From assembly GCA_040954595.2 (NCBI GenBank), contig CM082593.2:878901-942900 (forward strand): a stretch of 64,000 nt of DNA, written 5' to 3'. The stretch comes from Balanoglossus misakiensis. Its lineage: Eukaryota > Animalia > Hemichordata. Position 1 is the stretch's first letter. The number at the start of each line of letters is the position of its first letter. A model generated the notes under the pieces. The model saw only the letters and a program-made list of their open reading frames with translations, was not told the DNA's origin and made no database searches. Both the position numbers and the translations under genes were made by a program. Of this stretch, positions 43,507 to 57,802 are shown in pieces.

Positions 43507-46500
43507 TTAGTATTTGAGATCCACTGGAACTTCCCAGGTGAAATCGGGTCTTCCAAAATGGCCGTAGCAGCTTGTTGCCTTGAAGATAGGTTTCAGCAAA
43601 TCCAAGTCCCTAAAGAAATGACAATTTTATCAAAAATTACTCATTTTAAATAAATTGGGCAAACACAAATATGAAACTAAACCACTAAGGAAATAAAGAA
43701 TAATGTAGATTTGAAACTTTTATATTAAAGGTTTGCATACATGTACATAAAACTGGTTAATCTCCATTGTATCCAGAAAGTGTATTTTTGCCACATTTTA
43801 TGAATTTGAAATCCACTATTACCTGAGAACCCATTTCCAGAATGAAGAAAACATCTTCCCTATTCCCACACCTTCCAGTCAATACTTTCAATTAGTTAAA
43901 GAGACAGACATTCGGCGAACAGCTTACCTGATAATTGCACCAGGGCGTAGATCGAAGTTATCTTTGACAATCTTTAACAGCTCGGCTTGTGAGCGGCTAG
44001 AAGTTCCAAAATGGAACACAGCGATAGATAATGGCTCCACTAAACCGATGCCATAGGCTACCTGAGAGGGGGGAAAATGAAAGAAACCAAACACATTAAT
44101 TTAATTATTTCATTTTTAAAACTCACCCCAGGCAAGAATATTAAAATGGGAAAAGACTACCTTGCCTCAGAAAATGTTTATACTGCTCTACATGGTTCAC
44201 AGTTGGGTACATGCCAGATTGTAATAATAAATCTCTTCATTGTCTCGAAGGAATATTGTAGACTGCACAAGGTTTGAAGTCTCGGAGAAGGTTGGAAGAT
44301 TGGTGATGGAGAAACCTTCCACAATGGAGGTAAGCTATCATAACTCCAGGCAATTTTCTACTTAAAAGAGTAGAATATTAATACTGTTTTTTGTTGGGAT
44401 GCAAAATATTCTGAGTCAGACAAGAGACTATCTTGCAAAATACCGAGAAGTGGACTGGTAGATTTCACATTTTCATTTCCATTTCTACATAGACATGTAC
44501 ATGTAAATCTTAATCTCTAATCATTGTTAAATTACTCAAAATTAATTTCGTATAAAATCCACCAGTTTTGCTAAAATCCATGCTAAATCGGTAATACTGC
44601 ATGATCCTACTTCAGTTGTATTTCAAGCTTGATTAAAAATGGGGAAATAATCCGGACAATAAGACAAATTTGTCCTTCACATGATCTCTGCACAAGGACA
44701 AAATATGTAGATTACCTGGTAAGTTTCAGGTAACTAGCGCCCTCATGAGGTGAAAAACCCACAATTGTTATTCTAAAGCATGCTGTCAGTGTATCACAAC
44801 AAATAGCAAGACCTTAAATTTGAACTTCATTGATGAGGGAAATAGAGGGGATCATTACCTGTACAAGGCAACGTCTGCAAAGTCCTGCCTTCACGAGAGA
44901 TTTGGCCACCCATCTAGCTGCATATGCAGCTGATCTGTCCACTTTACTGCAATCTTTGCCGGAGAAAGCACCCCCACCATGGGCTCCCCATCCTCCGTAC
45001 GTATCCACGATGATCTTTCTGCCGGTTAATCCGGCATCACACTGCGAAAAAACAAGTATTTGTCAATAAAATCATTCTGCTTCATGGTTATAAACAAAAG
45101 ACATCAAGGCTCCAAAAAATGGCAGACTTAATATTCACCTTAAATTCTGCAGACCAGTTCTGGTGTTGTGTACAAAACGACATGTACACATAAAAAAATT
45201 CTGACCTCCGGAGGTTATACGCTTCAGACTGCGAATTGGCCGAAAGTCTTCATCAAAAGTTCTGTTCTCTGAGCTGACTGCACTACACTGCTATGCACTA
45301 CATAATCTGTTTGGATTTCATCTTAGTGAAAAGGTAAGCTTCTTGCACTCTACAGCTTTTAGAATTTTGCAACCGTGCCTCCAACCTTGTCTTGTTACGA
45401 CGTTGATTGTTGAGCGCCAAAAGTCTACATGGTAGTTTTGCCAAAACCAACGTTAAGTGAAGTTGATGTACAAATTTGACATTCATTCATTCATTCAATC
45501 ACTCATTCAATTTGTTTGTTCGTTTTGCTTGCTTGCTTGTTTGTTTGTTTTGCTTGTTTGTTTGTTTGTTTGTTTGTAGATGGTGTAAAATATGACCCAT
45601 ATTTACCACAATTTGATATTATTCATAACAATACATCAATACAATATTTGTATTGTAATTTACACTGTACCGCTGTACACCGCATAATAACAGTGAAAAT
45701 GGTGAAATTGCAACACACATTGCACTGTGGTCATAAATCATGAGTTCTATATAAACATACAGAGCAATCATTAAACCTACCCCTGGTCCACCATAAGTGA
45801 ATGCCTTGGAAGGATTCAAGTGATATATAGTCTGGTCGTCCAGGTACTGTGCAGGAATCACCTCTTTGATGACTTTCTCCAACATGTCATGTCTCAGCTT
45901 CTCTAAGGACACTTTGTCATCGTGTTGAGTGGACAGAAGAACTGTGTGTACACGAATTGGAATGCAGGCTCCTTTGTCCATCTTGTACTCCACAGTGACC
46001 TGAATCAGATCAACAAAAGACAGTTTATTCATAAGTAAAGGGCCATCACGGTCACCTTTCCAATACAAAGGTGTAACAAGTGGATGCAGAAATGAATACA
46101 AAATTCCACCATCATTTCCATGAATCACCATGATAACTACATTTCAAAATCGCTACACGTAAGAACCCTTACCTGACACTTGCCATCAGGTCGTAGATAA
46201 GGCATGGAACCATCCACAGCACTCTCGGCCAATTTCACATTCAACCCATGTGCAAGTACAACAGTCAAAGGCATACATTCCTCAGTTTCATCCGTGGCAT
46301 ATCCAAACATCAAGCCCTGGTCGCCGGCACCAAATTCTTCCAAGACTCTGTCCTCATGGACTGCTTGTGAGATTTCGGAACATTGCTGTTGTAGACAAAG
46401 CATGACATTGCACGTCTTGTAGTCGAAACCTATAAAACCAACAGAAAGTACAGAATTATAGATGAAGTATGGTAAATCTCATATACCAGGCCACAACAGC

Positions 46501-48261
46501 TATGCATTCATTTACATTAGTAATGGAAGATTCAATTGTAGAAGTAGCAAATAGATCTCAGCATTATTTTAAGACTGTCACATCACAATCTGATTTTGAT
46601 AATATACCAACCTTTATCACTGTCATCATAGCCAATCTCCTTGATTGCGTTTCTGACAACACTCTGGATGTCAACAACTGCAGTGGATGAAATCTCTCCA
46701 CCAACCAGGATCAATCCATTGCTGGCAAAACATTCTACAGAACCATGGAGACAGACAAAAAAAGGGTGTCAAACTTGGTCTGATTGATGAAATACAGAAT
46801 TATAATACTCAAAACTACACATTTATCGAAAATTTATCATTCCCAAAAAATTCCCGTTTTACAGTATATTGTCATTATATATATTTCACTGTACAAGAGA
46901 ACCAGAATAACGTATACTTACCACAAGCCACCTTGGCATCAGGATCTTGCGCAAGATGGGCATCCAAGATGGCGTCACTAACTGTATCACACAGTTTATC
47001 TGAAAAAGAGAAAAAGGGAAAATATTTATGACACTGCAGTATAATATGACTGAGTGATTTTGTCTCAGTTTGGTTTATAAGTTGCAGTAGTTTTGTTCTC
47101 CTTCCAACAATATGCGCCACTCTGCCAAAGACTTCGCCAATCATTTCCAAACCTCCACATCTATTTCTCAATGAAATCTTATTAGATTAGGCCAATCAGG
47201 ATGACACACCTTTAATCAGTAGCTACATACATATCAAAGTACATGTACATGAACTCATTCAGAGGCAAGTTTTAAGTGTAAATCTACATTGCTGGCTCTC
47301 AGTGGTCCAATATACCCTAGCCTGTCTATGTTTATTTTCAACCAACATGAACTTCAATACACATTTATCACTCAGTGACTCAGTGTCAGTGACCTGACTG
47401 ATGTAAACTGTTTAATGTTAATCTCACTAAGTTTTAACTACATTTGTAAATCACTGGTTTACAATGCTATCTCTTTACACAGCTGTCCATTCATTCTGTA
47501 CACACTCAACCTTATCACAGAATGTATCAAGGGACAAAGTACCATTCAGGGGTTACTGGGTTATTGTGCTTTTAGGGAGGGATCAATTCATTTGTGGGAG
47601 GGGCAAAAAGTCAGTGAGCAGGGGAAAAAAAACAACCACAATTTTATTTAAAATCAAAATAAAGAAAACACTTTATGCCCCAATAAAAGAAAGTCAAACT
47701 ATCATTATGATTTGCTGAATCACTTGCTAATGGGGAACTAGAGGGATGACCCCACGACCTTGTAAGTTTCATGTAAGAGGGGCTTTCGGACGCCGAGGAG
47801 TTGACATATGTGGACGGGTCAAGGTTGAAAGTGTAAAAGTCAGGTGACCACAACAGTAACCGTCATCACGTGATCATTGCACGACCAGCACCAACGCGAA
47901 GTTGGAGTCCTACATGCCACCCCCCCCCCTCCTACCACAGTACCAGTGCAATTACATCAGCCAGAACAGTTCATTTATGATACGATTCATAATCAGCTGA
48001 TGCAATTTCTCTGACAGAACACGACTAGACACACACCCCATATAAAACAAAGTAAAGCCCATACTCTAATATGACGAATAAATGCACATATCACAATGCA
48101 ATTTGAGGTCGAAATTATCATAGGGCTGTGTACTACCATTCATTGAATGATGGATGATGCGAGTGATGGATGTACTCACCCGGATGCCCAGCCTTCACTG
48201 ATTCTGAAGAGAAAAGGAAGGTGCTGTCCCCTTCATCGTATGCTTCATGACTCGCCGACAT
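43507..48261 (-). CDS. MAT: S-adenosylmethionine synthetase (methionine adenosyltransferase), ~392 aa
   Basis: Eight exons: 48180-48261, 46922-46999, 46612-46734, 46173-46429, 45781-45999, 44859-45041, 43928-44061 and 43507-43609 (total 1179 nt, in frame). Motifs [31 protein letters not shown] and YGHFGR. Confidence 0.95.
45510..45577. repeat. (TTTG/CTTG)n microsatellite
   Basis: ttgtttgttcgttttgcttgcttg... in MAT intron 5. Confidence 0.8.
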
Positions 48262-49237
48262 CCTAGGTGCAGACTATTGAACGACAGTGATACAAAATCT
48301 CAGTTTACTGTGCTCTTAACCGTACCTTATCGGAGATATTTCACAACATGTGATGAGAAAGAGCACATGCAAGGAACGATGCGGTCAGCAGTCACAGAGC
48401 ATGCGCGTATATGACCAAAGGACGTGACTAAATCATGCGTTATAGCGCCATCAACGACCAGGATATAGACGATATAGATTCGGGCATCGAAAGTTGGTTA
48501 GAAGAAAATATAGAACACACAAAATGAGTTTGTTGGGAAAGTTATCTTGATAATGAATCACAGATATATACACGTTCATATCACAGGTTTGAAATCTGAA
48601 TCTTTTTATTCCCAGATATACTTTACATCACATATCAGACCTCTTTGAAAGAAAAAAAAAAGTTACAAAATTCAAAGCTTGTATGAACAGTAAAAAATAA
48701 CTCTTTATTTTATGCTACATATCTTTTATTTTATAAAGGAAATCATAAATAAAATACCAAAATACACATCACAGTTTTGGAGTGGCATTTTCAGGATTGT
48801 CCGCAAATGTAAAGTCTTTACAAAACCAAACTCAAGATTCTGGATACATCAACTCTCAATCACCTTTACAATCAATGACTATAGTATATTTCTTTGATTG
48901 TCGATACAATATTTATCATTACTACTACGTGAACATACAATTATTCTCATGATATAACAAGGTCGGGAATATTTTGACACACAATCTGCAATTTATCCTT
49001 GATTCTATGATTCCATCACTCGACCAATTATGGCTATATTACAGAGTTAAAATTCTGAACAATCGTGCTTTGAATTTCACATAGCATGTCACTACAATGT
49101 TTCCAACAAACAAAAAACAGCACAGCTAATACTTTGAGTTGCTGTTGGCTACCAGTGAGACTTGTCTTGACAGTGGCAACCATAAACATTTACATAAAAC
49201 TGGCCTTCATGTACTATAATGTGCCAATAGCTGAATA

Positions 49238-53884
<4,647 letters not shown>

Positions 53885-54261
53885 ACTTTATTTACAGCAA
53901 GATCGACGACGGCGTCATCGGGACTGTTGAGTCAACAAAAACAAGGAACGCTGAAGTCAGCGACTTGGTCCTCAATGCCGTCTGCTACGTTCGGTTTCGC
54001 TTCACCGTACCGTTGTAAACTACGATGTGAATACCTCGGGGAAAATCGAGCGCTTCCTCAGGTCCGCTGAATACTATGTGCAGCGTCAGTTACGATCGCG
54101 AGTAAAGATTACATACATAACAGAAACGAAAGTCCGGACAATGTTTCTAAACTCCAAAACAGTGATAGGTGGTCGCCATGATGAATCTCGTTTGTTCATG
54201 CGAGATTTGACGCGAGTGCCTCGCTTTCGGTCTTTTCTAGGTTTGGGTGAAATTCGCAACG
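53885..54261. promoter_or_regulatory. Bidirectional promoter region PARG/RPS24, CpG-rich, with TCT/TOP-like start site
   Basis: The two start codons diverge ~380 bp apart and CpG density is locally high. The pyrimidine tract gtcttttct at ~54230-54238 lies ~30 nt before the RPS24 ATG, matching the ribosomal-protein TCT initiator. A YY1-like caagatggccgcc is at ~54449-54461 in RPS24 intron 1. Confidence 0.65.
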
Positions 54262-55594
54262 ATGGTGAGTCGATGGTAATTTTCAATCTGCCTGAATCAG
54301 GCGTGAAACAAGCCATCTTTGAAAGATTTCAAGGCAGAGTCCTACTGAAATAATCAAACAACAGTTCGATGAGTTTATTTTCCGAAATATATTACTCACA
54401 TCGCACAAAAACAGACTTTAACGTAAAACGGCCACAGTGTTTCATTGCCAAGATGGCCGCCTCCATATATAACAACATGCATGCAATACGATCACGAACG
54501 AATGATGGTTCTTGTTATCGCGACGATTGGACGATTTTGTATTTGGCATGTTGATAATAATACCTGCATGACATTACATTTACACAGAACCCAACGAATG
54601 CCCCTCGTTCCTTCTATTGGGTGGAATAGACGAATGAAATTGACATCGATCATTGATATGGAGGGAAAGGGTGATGACATTGGTTTGACTAAGATATACA
54701 GCAATGTCAATTGTTGATTTCTTGCAGGGTGACGCCACGTGCACAATACGAACAAGGAAGTTCTTAACCAACCGCTTGCTCTGTCGCAAGCAGATGGTAA
54801 GTGCATCATGTATTCTTACGTTTGGAGGTGTCATTTTCCATTATGCTGAGAATTTTCCTTTGCAAGATTTGTACATGTATGTCTAATGTAATAATCATTT
54901 GTCTTGCAGGTTGTAGATGTTTTACACCCAGGACGTGCAACCGTTCCAAAGACAGAAATCAGAGAGAAACTTGGTAGAATGTACAAGACCACTCCAGATG
55001 TCATCTTCTGCTTTGGCTACAAGACACAGTTTGGCGGTGGTAAAACAACAGGATTTGCCCTCGTCTATGACACCCTGGACTTTGCAAAGAAATATGAACC
55101 CAAACACAGGCTTCAGAGGGTAGGGAACAAATCTAATATTCAAGATGCTGTGTCGGCTTGTGCTATGCACTTAGAACACGCCATGCATTTCTTATGAAAC
55201 TGTGGCTCATTACATAAACTTACAATCTCATGGTTTCTACCCTTGTAGCATGGTCTTTATGAGAGGAAGAGACTCTCCAGAAAACAAAGGAAAGAGAGGA
55301 AAAACAGACAGAAGAAAGTACGAGGTACTGCCAAGGCTAAAGTTGGTGCTGGCAAGAAGGTAAGCATGCATACCTACACGACAACTCAGCTCTTCAAAGA
55401 ATCATATAACCTGAGCAAGTCTGATTTGAGCAAGTTCTGCAACATGACATCACATTTCATCCTGGGTGGACACTCCTCACAAGGATCATATGATTTTGGC
55501 AGCAATGTTGTTTACTTTTATCAAAACGTAGGAAGTTGCTTACCTGTGAATGTTTCATTTTATAATATTTGTCTTTTCTTTCTTTCAACAGTAA
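54262..55594 (+). CDS. RPS24: 40S ribosomal protein S24 (eS24)
   Basis: ATG-only exon 54262-54264 (ATG|gtgagt), then 54728-54796 ([23 protein letters not shown]), 54910-55119 ([14 protein letters not shown]...[14 protein letters not shown]), 55249-55359 (HGLYERK...KVGAGKK) and a last exon starting with TAA at 55592. AATAAA at 55667-55672. Confidence 0.96.
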
Positions 55595-55739
55595 CATGCA
55601 GCAACAGAAGATCCCGAATGTATCTGTATTTTTGGTGGACATGGACATTTATCATGATTAAATGTTAATAAATATCACCAGTGACATTCACAGCTGTTGT
55701 GTCTTTGAATTTGTGTGAATCGTGATAACAATATAATTC

Positions 55740-55898
55740 CACTTAATAGTTACCAGTGTTTTTGTTGAGGGTGATTGATACCCCGGTAAATGTTACTGGA
55801 ATTCTATCAACACAGTCGCATTTGCTACTGTTGCCAGGATTCCTAAATCATTTACCCCAATCCCTTAGCTAGCAAAAACACTGGTTACTGTTGAAGTG
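55740..55898. mobile_element. Short foldback/MITE-like element
   Basis: cacttaatagttaccagtgtttttg ... caaaaacactggttactgttgaagtg form imperfect inverted ends just downstream of the RPS24 poly(A) signal. Confidence 0.55.
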
Positions 55899-56589
55899 TA
55901 TGGACATAAAAGGTTCCAAAATTGTAAGCCAAAAATGCAGTTCATCAAAATTACATACTTGGTAAAAAAACACTGCAAAAAAGGAGCAACAATCTCTAGA
56001 TCACTGAACTTACTTTCATAGCATTTAAAACAGCTTTAATTTTGTACACGTGTACAATGCAGGAAGACGCACAGAAAAACAAATGAGCACCAAACGTGTA
56101 AGAAGGCTTAAAACACCATTAAACGTCTCTCAGACGAAACAACCAGGCAAGAAAGCTGTTTTTCTTCCACAAATGTACAAATTACATGAAATTCTGAGAA
56201 AGAGATGCAAAACAGTTGAATTTGTGTTAAAATCTCACCACAAGACAAAGTTTTCTATCCATCACAAAAGTTCATATACTAGTGAAAAATATTAAGGCCT
56301 ATAATATAAATATGGCTTGTAATATTGATTCTTGGACTAAAACATCAAATAGAACATATATCATACTAAAAATATCTCATTGAAACCACAGCTGCTAGCA
56401 TCAGTAGCTCTTGTAAATTGACAAGAATAAATGGAAGAAAATTCTCAAGATTTTTGGTAATACGCACAGGTCAGGTCCTCTCCATGTAATCATTCACCAC
56501 AATTCAAACATTCACCGGTAGAGGGCAATATTGCACATCCCATAACCTTGGTCACATGCACAAACAGCACGTCACTTTCTGAACATACT

Positions 56590-57236
56590 ATAAGGTTATT
56601 CACAAAATACCGGGATTTATGTCCGAGTACATCGTGCAGCGCAGGTATTGTCCGAGACGCGCAGCGTCGAGGACAATACCGAAGCGTACGATGTACGAGG
56701 ACATAAATCCCGGTATTTTGTGAATAACCTTATTATTATACACCTTTTCCGGACGTCCTTGATGAACGATAAAGAATAAATAGGCCGCTATCGGACTTTC
56801 TAGTTTTCAGACGCCGCCATGACGTAATTTGCATATCGAACGCGCCTTCACCTCGCGCATCAGGTGATGCTAGTGTCGAGCTGCCGATGTCTCGCGCGCG
56901 ACGTTCTACGCTGCAGCGATGAACGCGCTCGCCTGTTCGTTCACACATTCCTTCGACTGAAATTTCATCGAGGATTTTGACTTATTTCGCATCTTGGGCC
57001 ACCAATAATTTTGTTTAATAACGACTGTGTACTTTTTATATAATTTTTTGTGAGAGTAGGGTGCAATATCATCATTGTTTACATCAGACAGCTGTGAGGT
57101 CAAAGGTCAAATATGCGTCCAATAACCCTGTGGGTTATGGGACTCTGCGTCCTCATTTGAATAATTATTGGACGGTGATACCGCGAATTATTGTATTACG
57201 GAACTCCATAGGTTACAGCAGTAGGTGTATAATAAT
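56590..57236. mobile_element. Non-autonomous DNA element: terminal ~145-nt hairpin plus an inner inverted-repeat pair
   Basis: ataaggttattcacaaaataccgggatttatgtcc ... ggacataaatcccggtattttgtgaataaccttat are perfect 35-bp arms (56590-56733). A second inverted pair is attattatacacc (~56732) / ggtgtataataat (~57224). The interior is CpG-rich relative to its flanks. Confidence 0.75.
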
Positions 57237-57802
57237 GGTAATTAATATCCCCCCAATTAAGTAGTGAAATAAACAGCAAAGGGAATTCAACAAGCAAACT
57301 AAAAATCTGAACTTGATTTGCATATAAAATCAAAATTGTGGATAACTGCATAAAAATATTAAAAGTACAAATCAAGAAAATCGTGTATAAATCCCAGAAA
57401 ATATTAACATATCAAATAAAATTAATGTAGGAACATATATTAACAAATTCTGCAAAAAACTGAAGAATGTATGTAAGTACAATACTTGAAGGCATCTTTA
57501 AAAAAACATAATTTTATATGTACTGACATCCAGATCTGCTGGAAGAATATAAAACGGGTAAAACAATATATCCTCAGCAATAAAAAAAAATATGGTAATT
57601 TAGAATACCACGTACTATGCACATCTCCCCATAATAAATATTGCACTGTCCCATCATATATTGCACTCTCTGCTCAGGCGGCAATCTATCTTGTAGACAG
57701 ACCATTCCATTCAATTTAGGGTGGGTGAATGGGAATAATGTAGCAGTTACACACACGTGCACACACTCGTTCATCATAAATAGCACTGCTGCAAATATTG
57801 GT

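Noticed and set aside
54665-54725. Possible intronic C/D snoRNA in RPS24 intron 1 (gtgatga box C)
   Set aside because: No matching CTGA box D or terminal stem before the acceptor.
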